Source: Collinsella sp. (GTDB lineage: Bacteria; Actinomycetota; Coriobacteriia; Coriobacteriales; Coriobacteriaceae). Taken from it: a stretch of 64,000 nt of DNA. The stretch spans positions 1,349 through 65,348 of the forward strand of contig JAHAGQ010000010.1 of NCBI GenBank assembly GCA_018373675.1, written 5' to 3'. Each line of letters begins with the position of its first letter. Within the stretch, counting starts at the first letter, position 1. The notes beneath the pieces were generated by a model. It was not told where the DNA came from. It saw nothing but the letters and a program-made list of their open reading frames with translations, and made no database searches. Made by a program: the position numbers and the translations under genes. Below are positions 1 to 17,160 of this stretch, one piece after another.

Positions 1-518
1 TATCGGCTTGGACGGACTCGAAGGCCTGCTTGATTTGATTGGATTTCACGGTCGCCCTCCTCTAGGATGAACTTGAGCTTCGATCTGCCGCGAGCCAAAC
101 GCGTTCGAACAGTCGCGGCTGGCACATGCAATAACTCGGCAATCTCTGAGGTCGAAAAGCCCAGATAGTAATAGAGCATGATGGGAACACGGAATCGTTC
201 CGGAAGTCGCATAACGTCTGACAGGACCGCCTTGGTCTCCTCCTGCGCCGTCGAAAGCGAATCGGCCAGGTTCTCAATATCCTCCACACGCCTCCATGGC
301 TTTCGAAAGAGAGATTTGCATTCATTGATCGTGACCCGGATAAGCCATCGACGAAGATGTTCCCAGCTTTCAAATTGCGCATCGCTTTTGAGTAACTTCA
401 GAAAGACGTCTTGAGCGACATCGTCGGCATCGGCACGATCGCGCAGATACGTCAATGCGATTCGAAACACGACATCTCTGTGATCTTCAACCGCCTGTCT
501 AAATGCTTGTTCTTCCAT
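1..518 (-). CDS. ECF-type sigma-70 family RNA polymerase sigma factor (partial; 3-prime end beyond window start)
   Basis: Minus-strand ORF from ATG at 518, with RBS GGAGGTGA as the rc of 521-528. Translation MEEQAFRQAVEDHRDVVFRIALTYLRDRADADDVAQDVFLKLL...RVPIMLYYYLGFSTSEIAELLHVPAATVRTRLARGRSKLK shows sigma region 2 and the region 4 HTH. No stop before position 1, so the ORF is absent from the ORF track. Confidence 0.75.
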   Translation of the reverse strand, partial: MEEQAFRQAVEDHRDVVFRIALTYLRDRADADDVAQDVFLKLLKSDAQFESWEHLRRWLIRVTINECKSLFRKPWRRVEDIENLADSLSTAQEETKAVLSDVMRLPERFRVPIMLYYYLGFSTSEIAELLHVPAATVRTRLARGRSKLKFILEEGDREIQSNQAGLRVRPSR

Positions 519-606
519 AATCACCTCCCGGTGACGTTAATAATTCTTGGTGAGGCCCTCACCTTAGATACGCTCTTGTCGGGCGAAATGTTTCAAATTC
601 AAGCAT

Positions 607-642
607 GAAAAACCGACCAAAATAAACCTGTCCCTTTTTGGC
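607..642. repeat. 34-bp terminator-like repeat element (copy 1, inverted relative to the copy at 32826-32859)
   Basis: The rc reads GCCAAAAAGGGACAGGTTTATTTTGGTCGGTTTTT, 33 of 34 nt identical to 32826-32859. It forms a hairpin with a T-run and lies downstream of the rpoC stop. Confidence 0.6.
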
Positions 643-766
643 ATAAAGGAATCCCCTCCCGTCCCGGGAATCCGACGTACTCGTCGGGGCAACGTTCCTC
701 ATCAAAAAAGGCCCGCCCCCCTGTTGGGAAGCGAGCCTTTATAAGGGCGGTTAACGTACTAGGAAA

Positions 767-8743
<7,977 letters not shown>

Positions 8744-9005
8744 CAGGTTTTTCCTCCTTCACGGAAATGCTCGGTGGGTTGGCGAGGCATAGCTTCGCCA
8801 GTTATCGCAACCTAATAGTTTATCAGGTACCGACCGTTGGGCAAGAAAAGCCTTGACGCGATTGAGTTTTTGGAGTAGCAAAGTTTTTCGACAGAAAACA
8901 CGCAGGTAGATAGGTGTGCATCGAACACCTGTTCATATATTTTCTGTGAACGAGACCGCTGGTACGGGCCGCTGCATGGCGGAATGGCGGCGAGGGTTGA
9001 TCGAG

Positions 9006-9178
9006 CGGAAACTGCGTCCCGTTTTGAGGCCTCAAACTGGGTCGCAGTTTCCGGTTGAGCCCTGTTTGGGAAAGCATATCCCGTTCTGAGCCGAAATTCC
9101 GGGTCGCAGTTTCCGCTAGGGGCCTCAGCCGGAAAGCGCATCCCAGAATTCGGCCGAATTGTGGGTCGCAGTTTCCGG
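9006..9178. repeat. Tandem array of three 48-50 nt hairpin units in the rpoB upstream region
   Basis: Units at 9006-9053, 9068-9115 and 9129-9178. Each has a stem of CGGAAAnnGCnTCCC paired with GGGTCGCAGTTTCCG, with palindromic loops (gttttgaggcctcaaac, aattcggccgaatt). Same family as the cluster at 25116-25317. Confidence 0.55.
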
Positions 9179-9251
9179 GGCTAAGCTGTAGCTCGCATAA
9201 AAAACGGGTGCAGACCGAAGTCCGCACCCGTAAATGTCGATGTCCGAAGGC

Positions 9252-10160
9252 TTACTTGCGCATCAATCCGCCGCGCTCGTCGATGGCGTCCCAGAAGGCG
9301 CCGGCAAAGCGAGGATCGCTTGCAGCCATGAGAGCGTTGGTGGCCATCCAGCCAGAGGGAGTGCCGGTGTCGTAGCCCGACAGCGGGTCGGTGACGACGG
9401 CATACATGGCCTCGCGGTCGAGCGAACGGGCCATGGCGTCGGTGAGCTGGATCTCGCCGCCCTTGCCGGCCTGCTGATCTGCCAGCAGGTCCATGACCAG
9501 CGGGCTCAGCAGATAGCGGCCGACGATGTACAGGTTGGACGGAGCAGCCTCGGGAGCGGGCTTCTCCACCAGGCCGCCGATACGCCAGACAGCGCCCGGC
9601 TCTGCATCGGCAACGTCCTCGGCGCCCTCGAGCGAACCGACGCGCTCGCCGGCGATAACGCCGTAGCGGCTGACTTCCTCGGGCGAGCAAGCAGCGACGG
9701 CGATAACCGAAGCGCCACCGTGCTCCTTGGAAACGGCGAGCATCTTGTCGCAGATGTCGCGGTTAGGCACAACGTAGTCGCCCAGAAGAACCAGGAAGTT
9801 CTCCCCTGCCACGGCGTCGGCAGCAGAGCGGATAGCATGGCCGAGGCCCTTGGGCTCGTACTGATAACGGAAGTCGACCGGCATACCGCCAGCGTGGGCG
9901 ACGGCATCGGCATAGGCGTTCTTGCCGCGCTCGCGCAGCAGGTTCTCGAGCGAGCGATCGGGCTGGAAGTAGTTCAGCAGCTCGGGCTTGCCGGGAGAAG
10001 TAACGATGATGGCATCGTCGACCTCCTCGGGGTCGAGCGCCTCCTCAACGACATACTGAATGACGGGCTTGTCGAGCACCGGCAGCATCTCTTTGGGCGT
10101 GCACTTAGTGCCAGGCAGAAAACGCGTGCCAAGACCGGCGGCGGGGATGATTGCCTTCAT
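9252..10160 (-). CDS. galU: UTP--glucose-1-phosphate uridylyltransferase
   Basis: MKAIIPAAGLGTRFLP...LPVLDKPVIQYVVEEA is the nucleotidyltransferase signature. Start assigned to the ATG at 10160 with RBS AAAGGA; the track ORF over-extends to 10244. Confidence 0.85.
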   Translation of the reverse strand: MKAIIPAAGLGTRFLPGTKCTPKEMLPVLDKPVIQYVVEEALDPEEVDDAIIVTSPGKPELLNYFQPDRSLENLLRERGKNAYADAVAHAGGMPVDFRYQYEPKGLGHAIRSAADAVAGENFLVLLGDYVVPNRDICDKMLAVSKEHGGASVIAVAACSPEEVSRYGVIAGERVGSLEGAEDVADAEPGAVWRIGGLVEKPAPEAAPSNLYIVGRYLLSPLVMDLLADQQAGKGGEIQLTDAMARSLDREAMYAVVTDPLSGYDTGTPSGWMATNALMAASDPRFAGAFWDAIDERGGLMRK

Positions 10161-10411
10161 GTTATTCAAAGATCCTTTCGCAGGCGCAAAAGCGCCCCAT
10201 GCGTGCGGCACACAGCCGCAGACCAAATTGCGATACCTAAGCATCTTACCGCTGGAACTATATGTCGCTACAAGGCAGAGACAATTCTTCAGCAGGTCAA
10301 CGCAAATTATTGCTCGAATGGTGCAATTTTATCGACCAACGGTAGCGACCCCAAAGCACCGCAAACGACGGCAATTTGCATGCCGAGCCAGCAAAATAGA
10401 GGGGTCATAAA

Positions 10412-10445
10412 AAAGACGGGGCTCGCAATGCGAACCCCGTCTGCA
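10412..10445 (-). terminator. Intrinsic terminator downstream of rplL
   Basis: Minus-strand hairpin AGACGGGGTTCGCA/TGCGAGCCCCGTCT followed by TTTTTT. Confidence 0.5.
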
Positions 10446-10469
10446 AAGAAATCTGGCGAGAAAGCCTGA

Positions 10470-10847
10470 TTACTTGAGGGTGACAGCAGCGCCAGCAGCC
10501 TCGAGCTTCTCCTTGGCAGCCTCGGCGTCCTCCTTCTTGGCACCCTCGAGAACAGCCTTGGGAGCGCCCTCGACGACCTCCTTGGCCTCCTTCAGGCCAA
10601 GGTTGGTGAGCTCACGGACGGCCTTGATGACCTGGATCTTGTTGTCGCCGAAGCCCTCGAGCACGACGTCAAACTCGGTCTTCTCCTCGGCCTCAGCAGC
10701 GCCAGCAGCGGGAGCGGCGACAACAGCGGCAGGAGCAGCGGCGGAAACGCCGAAGGTGTCCTCGATAGCCTTGACGAGCTCGGAAGCCTCGAGAAGGGTC
10801 ATTTCCTTAAGAGCATCGATGATCTCATCGGTGGTAAGCTTAGCCAT
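10470..10847 (-). CDS. rplL: 50S ribosomal protein L7/L12
   Basis: [34 protein letters not shown]... with an Ala-rich hinge and a C-terminal domain. Start at 10847 with RBS AAAGGA. Confidence 0.92.
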   Translation of the reverse strand: MAKLTTDEIIDALKEMTLLEASELVKAIEDTFGVSAAAPAAVVAAPAAGAAEAEEKTEFDVVLEGFGDNKIQVIKAVRELTNLGLKEAKEVVEGAPKAVLEGAKKEDAEAAKEKLEAAGAAVTLK

Positions 10848-10949
10848 TTCTAAGTCCTTTCGGTTTCCGTGCGGATGCACGGAGATCAGTTAAAACACGG
10901 CGCGAATGCGCCAGGGGTGCGGCGTTGCCGCCGCGGGTGAAAACAGCGA

Positions 10950-11471
10950 CTAGGCTGCCTTCTGCTCGGAGACCTGCTGGATCGAACGAGCGAGACCAGA
11001 GGAAACGCCGTTGACGCAGACAGCGATGTCGCGAGCGAAACCGGAGATGAGACCGGCGATCTGGCCGAGAAGCTGATCCTTGGTGGGCAGCTCGGCGATA
11101 GCCTTAACATCATCAGCGGAAACGGCCTTGCCGTCGGAGATACCGCCCTTGATCTCAAGGACGCCCTTGGACTTAGCGGAGAAGTCCTTAAGGGCCTTAG
11201 CGGCCTCGACCGGCTCGGACTCGTAGAACACATAAGCGACGGGGCCGGCGAGAATCTCGTCGAGCTCGGGCTGCTCCTGGTTCTTGAGGGCGATCTTGAC
11301 CAGGTTGTTCTTGTAGACCTTCATCTCGGCGCCGCACTCGCGAAGCTGATGACGCAGCTCCTGAGCCTGCTTAACCGTCAGACCGTTGTAGTTGACGACG
11401 AACAGACCGGCGTTCTCGGCGATACGGGACTCGATCTCTGCAACCTTGTCGATTTTGTACTGCTGGGGCAT
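10950..11471 (-). CDS. rplJ: 50S ribosomal protein L10
   Basis: 173 aa, MPQQYKIDKVAEIESRIAENAGLFVVNYNGLTVKQAQELR; immediately upstream of rplL. Confidence 0.92.
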   Translation of the reverse strand: MPQQYKIDKVAEIESRIAENAGLFVVNYNGLTVKQAQELRHQLRECGAEMKVYKNNLVKIALKNQEQPELDEILAGPVAYVFYESEPVEAAKALKDFSAKSKGVLEIKGGISDGKAVSADDVKAIAELPTKDQLLGQIAGLISGFARDIAVCVNGVSSGLARSIQQVSEQKAA

Positions 11472-11479
11472 GAATTACA

Positions 11480-11700
11480 CCTCCTCGAATTCTTTCCGGG
11501 CACGGTCCGCCACAAGGACGTGACGGGGGCATGTCCAAAAAGAAAGCCCCCGCGCTGCATGAGCGACGGGGGCGAGAAGACATATCTACTCGACCACCTC
11601 GGCTGGCGGGAAGTCCCATTAAGCTCGCGGGTAAGACCCGTTTGCGCCGGCTGTCTCTGGCAGCGGATTCGTGCGTGAACCGAAAGTATTATGGCGGGGA
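11480..11700 (-). promoter_or_regulatory. Structured rplJ-rplL leader with an attenuator-like hairpin (L10-leader-like)
   Basis: Minus-strand 5-prime UTR containing CGCCCCCG...CGGGGGC followed by TTTCTTTTT about 100 nt upstream of the rplJ ATG. This position and architecture are typical of L10(L12)4 autoregulatory leaders. Confidence 0.4.
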
Positions 11701-11758
11701 CCCCGGCGTCGGTCAACGGAAAACCGGACTGCACACAATTCCACCATCCGGCCGCACC

Positions 11759-11874
11759 GCCGAAGGCCAGGCGCAAGGTTTTCGCTCGGTCAGGTCCTGG
11801 GCTCGCACGAAGAGCACATTAAGTGCTCTTCGGCTCGTGCGGAATCTACGAAAACCTTGCGCCTGGCCTTCGGC
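11759..11874. repeat. 26-bp perfect inverted repeat with a nested inner hairpin
   Basis: GCCGAAGGCCAGGCGCAAGGTTTTCG (11759-11784) is the exact reverse complement of 11849-11874. The 64-nt spacer contains a second imperfect hairpin, GCACGAAGAGCAC/GTGCTCTTCGgctcGTGC. Confidence 0.7.
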
Positions 11875-11977
11875 GGCGCGTGCCTGCGTTGACTTTGGGC
11901 AGCCAGGGTTGCCGTTGGCCGGCGCGCCCCACTCATAATGCTTGGGTCGGTGGGCTGATGTGTTGCGTCCCTGATGG

Positions 11978-13114
11978 CTACAGGGTTGAAACGAAGGTGG
12001 ACAGGCGGCGGAGACCTTCGTCCAGGTTTTCATCGCTTACGCAGTAGCTGAGGCGGATGTGGCCTTCGGTTCCGAAGCAGTCTCCCGGGACTAGGGCTAC
12101 GTTTGCTTCTTTGATGGCTTTGATGCAGAAGTCTTCGCTGGTTAGGCCGAACTTTTTGATGCTCGGGAAAGTATAGAAGGCTCCTGCGGGCTCTACTACG
12201 TCGAGGCCCATGGCGTCTAGGGCTGTGAGTACGCGCTCGCGACGGGCTCGGTAGACTTCGAGCATGGGGGTTGGGTTGACGGTCAGGGCTCGGGCCGCGG
12301 CGTCCATCTCGAAGGAGACGGCGCTCGATACTAGGTATTGGTGAGCCTTGGCGATCTCGGCGATGACGGGCCCTGCCGCTGCAAGCCAGCCCAAGCGCCA
12401 GCCGGTCATAGCCCAGGGCTTGGAGAAGCTCTCGATGACGACCGTCTGCTCACGCAGCTCCGGGTGACGCTGGGCAAAGCGCTCGTAGCCATCCACATAG
12501 ACCAGGCGGTTGTATACGTCGTCGCAGACCACGTAGATGCCCGCCTCCTCCGCCACGCGCGCCACGGCGTCGAGCGACGCCGCGTTGAGGATGCAACCCG
12601 TGGGATTGTTGGGCGAGCAGATGACGATGGCCTTGGTCGCCGGCGTCACGCAGGCACGAAGCGCCTCCTCATCAATCTGAAATTGCGCAGGCTCCGTATC
12701 CAAAAAGACCGCTTTGGCGTGATTGGCCACGACGATGCTCTCGTACAGGCCAAAGGCCGGCGTGGGGATGATGACCTCGTCGCCGGGGTTGAGCATAGCC
12801 ATGAATGTTGCCGACAGGGCCTCGGTCGCGCCGTCGGTTAGGATGACCTCGTCGGCCGAAAACGTAAGGCCCGCGTCCCCCATGTAGGCAGATAACGCCT
12901 CACGCAAGGCGGGGCGACCGTTGTTGGGCGGATAGTGCGTGTCACCGCGGTCCAGTGCGGCGATCACCTCGGCACTAATCACATCGGGCGTGGGAAAATC
13001 GGGCTCGCCAAGCGCAAGCGCGATGCACCCCGGGTGCTGGGCGGCGAGCGCGTTAATCCGGCGGATACCGGAGGGCTTGAGCATGGCAAGCGAGGTATTC
13101 ATGGGCAGACGCAT
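11978..13114 (-). CDS. Class I/II pyridoxal-phosphate-dependent aminotransferase
   Basis: 378 aa, with NPTG, SFSKPWAMTGWRLGW (the Lys-containing PLP motif) and an AFY..PS C-terminus. RBS AAAGGAAC before the ATG at 13114. Confidence 0.85.
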   Translation of the reverse strand: MRLPMNTSLAMLKPSGIRRINALAAQHPGCIALALGEPDFPTPDVISAEVIAALDRGDTHYPPNNGRPALREALSAYMGDAGLTFSADEVILTDGATEALSATFMAMLNPGDEVIIPTPAFGLYESIVVANHAKAVFLDTEPAQFQIDEEALRACVTPATKAIVICSPNNPTGCILNAASLDAVARVAEEAGIYVVCDDVYNRLVYVDGYERFAQRHPELREQTVVIESFSKPWAMTGWRLGWLAAAGPVIAEIAKAHQYLVSSAVSFEMDAAARALTVNPTPMLEVYRARRERVLTALDAMGLDVVEPAGAFYTFPSIKKFGLTSEDFCIKAIKEANVALVPGDCFGTEGHIRLSYCVSDENLDEGLRRLSTFVSTL

Positions 13115-13207
13115 GGCGTTCCTTTCGTAAGGGTTGCACTAGGATAGCGCGGCGGGGCGCCACCAGACGGTGTAACCTAAACGGAAACGAGCCGGAAAGG
13201 AGATGGC

Positions 13208-13864
13208 ATGGAGACAATCGCGCGTGGCGACGTACCAAAAACACTACAAACCATTGCGTATATCAGTATTCCCAAGAGCGCCGATCTTGAGTTTTTGCTC
13301 TGGGACTTGCAGGATGCCATCGCCGCCTATGCTCAGCTTTCTGGCACCGCGCTCCCCCGCCCAGTCGACTTGAAGGCAAATGACGCCGGCAGCGTTGCCG
13401 ATGGCATCGTGCTGGCCATTGAAGATGTGGCTGACGATGAGACGTTGACAGCTATCGAGCAGGCGCTTGAGCGCTTTGGCAGTACGGGAGCGCGTGTCTA
13501 TGCCGTGATTCGAGCCGCACAACGGGGCGCTGAGCAGGCGCGTGGGACCGCCGTTCGCCTGCACAAGGCATGTGAGCGCCATGACCAATTGTGGTGTGGC
13601 GGCGTTGCCATCTGCGCCGGCAGCGGCATCGCAGCGCTTCGCCATTCCCCACGCATGGGCCTCTTGCGCCGACCATTTTCGGAAGCGATAGATAAGCTTG
13701 TGGGCGCTGTGCGCATGGGCTGCTCCGTCGAGCATGCACAGCGACTTGGCGGCGGCAATGCCGCCAACGTCGACGCCGACGGCATGGTTTGCGCCGAGCC
13801 AGCCGTGCCCGCGCCGATCTGGCACGCCGTTATGAGGCATCTTGCCGAGCACTCAAACTGCTAA
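13208..13864 (+). CDS. Hypothetical protein
   Basis: 218-aa ORF with a strong RBS (AAGGAG, 5-nt spacer) and protein-like amphipathic helices. No family recognised. Its stop overlaps the convergent gene at 13861 by 4 nt. Confidence 0.55.
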   Translation: METIARGDVPKTLQTIAYISIPKSADLEFLLWDLQDAIAAYAQLSGTALPRPVDLKANDAGSVADGIVLAIEDVADDETLTAIEQALERFGSTGARVYAVIRAAQRGAEQARGTAVRLHKACERHDQLWCGGVAICAGSGIAALRHSPRMGLLRRPFSEAIDKLVGAVRMGCSVEHAQRLGGGNAANVDADGMVCAEPAVPAPIWHAVMRHLAEHSNC

Positions 13865-14430
13865 ATCGAAAAAGCCTGCCAATCAACGGCTTCACTCCAG
13901 CGCTCGACAAGGCGTTCCAGACGCCACGCCGCATTGGCGGGACTTGTCGACGGCAGAACGATGGCCGGCAGCCCGGTGCGCTCTTGTAGATAGCGCTTGT
14001 AGAGCCGGCCAGCTGTACCACCGTTGCATATCACCTGCTCAATGGGAGCTGCGCCGGTAATGCGCTCGATATGTGCCGGCACAACGTTGCGGATGCTCGC
14101 GTCGCTCGAGCCCTTAATGTCGCAGCTCTCGATTGCATCCCACAGGGCCACGCCGCCGTTCAGCAGCATGGCCCGCTTGGCGGCAATGGAGGCATCGAGC
14201 GTCGCGGGCTCACCGCTTGCCAAAGGATCGCCCTCGTTGGGCGGCACAGGCATACCGAGGCACGTGGCCATCACACGCCAAAAGCGATTCTGAGGGTTGC
14301 CGTAATAAAAGGCATTAGCGCGCGACAGCACCGAGGGAAACGATCCGAGCACCAAAACGCGCGAGTGCTGGTCGAACACGGGCTCAAACCCATGCTCAAT
14401 ATGTTGATAGCCCTCGTCAGACGCTGCCAT
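13861..14430 (-). CDS. Uracil-DNA glycosylase superfamily protein (deoxyinosine / G:U-mismatch glycosylase-like)
   Basis: 189 aa; VLVLGSFPS...GNPQNRFW motif is characteristic of the Mug/TDG/hypoxanthine-DNA glycosylase family. Confidence 0.7.
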   Translation of the reverse strand: MAASDEGYQHIEHGFEPVFDQHSRVLVLGSFPSVLSRANAFYYGNPQNRFWRVMATCLGMPVPPNEGDPLASGEPATLDASIAAKRAMLLNGGVALWDAIESCDIKGSSDASIRNVVPAHIERITGAAPIEQVICNGGTAGRLYKRYLQERTGLPAIVLPSTSPANAAWRLERLVERWSEAVDWQAFSI

Positions 14431-14433
14431 GGC

Positions 14434-15810
14434 CTAGGCCCTCAACAGATAGCGCACCTCGTAGGGCGCAAGCTCAAGGGAGCCCGCCAGCTCGACCGTG
14501 GGCACGCCGTCGGCAAGCAAATCGACAAAGGAGCCGTTGAGCTCGCCGGCGCCAAAGGTGTAAGGCTCGTCCACGGCGTTCACCGCCACGAGCACCGTCG
14601 CGTCGTCGCAGGCGCGCTCGAACAGCAGCTGCTTGTTCTGGATCACCACATTGCGATAGGCACCGTAGTTGAGAGCACGGGCCGCCGCGTCGTTTGCCGA
14701 GCGCAGGTGCGCCAGCTGCGTGATGAAGGCCGTCAGCTCGTTGGGCGCAGGCTCATCGAGCGCAGGGCGCAGCGCCCAGTCGCCATCGGGGCCGCCCTTT
14801 TCACCAGCAATTCCCCACTCGCTGCCATAGTAGACGCACGGAATGCCCGGCATGCCAAAGAGCATGCCATAGGCGGGACGCAGGCACGACTTGTCGGTGA
14901 GGATGCTTGCCAGGCGCGGCACGTCGTGGTTGTCGACAAACGACAGCAGGTGTTTGCCGCGGTAGATGCACCAGGGGTCGCCGCCAAACTGGCGATGCAG
15001 CGAATGGGCGATCTCGAACATGTTGACCGAGTTAAAGCTGGAGTACAGGCCCTTGTAGCACTCGTAGTTGGTGCAGGAGTCGAGCATCTCGTCGTTGACG
15101 ATTTGGTTGTAGTCGCCGTGGAGCGTCTCGCCAATCAGCACAAAGTCGGGCTTGAGCTCACGGGTAAAAGCGTGCAGGCGGCGCATGAAGTCGCGGTCGA
15201 GCATATAGGCAACGTCCAAGCGCAGGCCGTCGACGCCAAAGACCTCGGCCCAGCGACGCACGGACTCAAGCAGGTAATTGACCACGGCGGGGTTTTGCAG
15301 GTTGAGCTTCACAAGCTCAAAATGGCCCTCCCAGCCCTCATACCAAAAGCCGTCGCCGTAGCACGAGTCACCGTCAAAGCTGATGTGGAACCAATCCTTG
15401 TACGGCGAATCCCACTTGCGCTCCTGCACATCGCGGAAGGCCCAAAAACCGCGGCCGACGTGGTTGAAGACGGCATCGAGCACCACGCGGATACCGTGGG
15501 CATGCAGTGTGTCGCACACGGCGGCAAAGTCGACATCCCCACCCAGGCGGCGGTCGATATGGCGCAGGCTGCGCGTATCGTAGCCGTGGCTATCGGACTC
15601 GAGCGGCGGGTTGATGAGCACAGTGCCAACGCCGAGTTCCTGCAGGTAGTCGGCCCATTTGGCAATCTTCATGATGGGCGCATCGGGGCTAGCTGTGGCA
15701 TCGGCGGCCTGGGCGAGCTCATCCTCGGCAACGGGGGCGGCGTTTTCGCGCGGAGCTCCACAAAAGCCCAGCGGATAGATCTGATAGAACGTCGTCTCGT
15801 ATGCCCACAT
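14434..15810 (-). CDS. Glycoside hydrolase family 13 (alpha-amylase catalytic domain) protein
   Basis: 458 aa; FYQIYP, GIRVVLDAVFNHVG and GLRLDVAYML motifs correspond to conserved GH13 regions. Confidence 0.8.
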   Translation of the reverse strand: MWAYETTFYQIYPLGFCGAPRENAAPVAEDELAQAADATASPDAPIMKIAKWADYLQELGVGTVLINPPLESDSHGYDTRSLRHIDRRLGGDVDFAAVCDTLHAHGIRVVLDAVFNHVGRGFWAFRDVQERKWDSPYKDWFHISFDGDSCYGDGFWYEGWEGHFELVKLNLQNPAVVNYLLESVRRWAEVFGVDGLRLDVAYMLDRDFMRRLHAFTRELKPDFVLIGETLHGDYNQIVNDEMLDSCTNYECYKGLYSSFNSVNMFEIAHSLHRQFGGDPWCIYRGKHLLSFVDNHDVPRLASILTDKSCLRPAYGMLFGMPGIPCVYYGSEWGIAGEKGGPDGDWALRPALDEPAPNELTAFITQLAHLRSANDAAARALNYGAYRNVVIQNKQLLFERACDDATVLVAVNAVDEPYTFGAGELNGSFVDLLADGVPTVELAGSLELAPYEVRYLLRA

Positions 15811-15881
15811 AGCAACCTCCCGGTAAGCTCAACACAACGACATCCATTGTATGCCTGCCGTGCATCCCCTCCCCCAAAATA

Positions 15882-15947
15882 AGTTGCGGTGGAATAGTTC
15901 CTGCTTGAGCCTTCAAAGGCCTTAAACAGGAACTATTCCACCGCAAC
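15882..15947. repeat. 66-bp palindromic element, copy A (AGTTGCGGTGGAATA family)
   Basis: Perfect 22-bp terminal inverted repeats AGTTGCGGTGGAATAGTTCCTG / CAGGAACTATTCCACCGCAACT around a 22-nt centre. Related copies at 25336-25403 and 62717-62783. Confidence 0.65.
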
Positions 15948-15963
15948 TGATGAGGGGACGTGG

Positions 15964-17160
15964 CTAGGCGACGGGCTTGGCGCGGCGGATGGCTGGGAAC
16001 ATCACCGTGATGGCGAGGATAACGCCCACGACGGCAATCGCCCCGCCCGCGAAGCCGATCCAAGCGATACCGGGACCCGAAACCACGGCGCCGCCGATTG
16101 CGGTGCCCGTGCCAATACCGAGGTTAAACAGGCCCGAGAAGATCGACATGGCGACGGCTGACGAATCTGCCGGCGTGTGCTTGATGAGCTCGGCCTGGAA
16201 CGCCACATTGAAGGCCGTGGCGCAGCAGCCCCACAGTGCGCAGACGGCAAGCACTGTCACGAGCGACGATGCGGCCGGCCCCATGAGCAGCAGGGCCACC
16301 GGCACGCCGGAGAGCGTGATAGCAAGGAACGGAAAACGGTGCCCGTCGAACAGGCGGCTGAACAGCCAGCTGCCCACCAAGCCGGAACAGCCAAACGCCG
16401 TCAGCGTCATGGTGATGGCGCCCGCATCGACGTGCGCGACCTGCGCCAGGAAGGGCTCGATATAGCTGTAGCTTGCGTAATAGCCGGTCGCCATGAAGAC
16501 CGTGACTGCGTAGAGCGCGATGAGGAGCGGGTTCTTGAGCAGCTCGGGCAGCTGTTTGACGGTAAAGCGCTCACCCGCCGGCATGGCCGGGAACACCGCT
16601 GCCTGGTAGACGACCGCGATGGCTGAGAGGCCCCCGACCACGGCAAACGTCATGCGCCAGCCCACGGCCAAGCCAATGGCGCGACCGAGAGGCAGGCCAA
16701 AGATCTGCGCGATGGACGAGCCCGTGGCGATCATGCTGATGGCGAGCGAGCCGTGGCGAGTGTCGACCAGGCGCGAGGCCATAATCGAGGCGACTGACCA
16801 GAACACGGCATGTGCGCAAGCGACCACCAGGCGCGCGCAGACCAGGATGGGATAGGTCGGCGCCACAGCGGACAGGAACTGACCGAGCGAGAACACGGCC
16901 AGCACGCCCAGCAGCATCCGCTTGAACTCGAAGCGCGAGGCAAACACCATGAGCGGCAACGACAGCAGCATGACGCCCCAGGCATAGACCGAGATCATGA
17001 TGCCAGCTTGGGCCTCGGTGAGCGAAAACGATGCAGCGATGTCGGTCAGCAGGCCGATGGGCATGAACTCCGACGTGTTGAACACGAACGCGCAGCAGGT
17101 GAGCCCGATGAGCGGGAGCCACTGCCTGAGCGTGATGCCGTCTTGCTTTGTTTGAGCCAT
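15964..17160 (-). CDS. MFS transporter (sugar/drug efflux type)
   Basis: 398 aa with 12 predicted TM helices and an MFS-type N-terminal half. RBS GGAGAGG before the ATG at 17160. Confidence 0.85.
   Translation of the reverse strand: MAQTKQDGITLRQWLPLIGLTCCAFVFNTSEFMPIGLLTDIAASFSLTEAQAGIMISVYAWGVMLLSLPLMVFASRFEFKRMLLGVLAVFSLGQFLSAVAPTYPILVCARLVVACAHAVFWSVASIMASRLVDTRHGSLAISMIATGSSIAQIFGLPLGRAIGLAVGWRMTFAVVGGLSAIAVVYQAAVFPAMPAGERFTVKQLPELLKNPLLIALYAVTVFMATGYYASYSYIEPFLAQVAHVDAGAITMTLTAFGCSGLVGSWLFSRLFDGHRFPFLAITLSGVPVALLLMGPAASSLVTVLAVCALWGCCATAFNVAFQAELIKHTPADSSAVAMSIFSGLFNLGIGTGTAIGGAVVSGPGIAWIGFAGGAIAVVGVILAITVMFPAIRRAKPVA

Noticed and set aside
62-382. Track ORF 62-382 (minus) as a separate small gene
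   Set aside because: It is the -1 frame of the ECF sigma factor gene, whose correct frame shows clear sigma region 2 and region 4 motifs. The real gene runs from 518 to beyond position 1 and was missed by the track only because it lacks an in-window stop.
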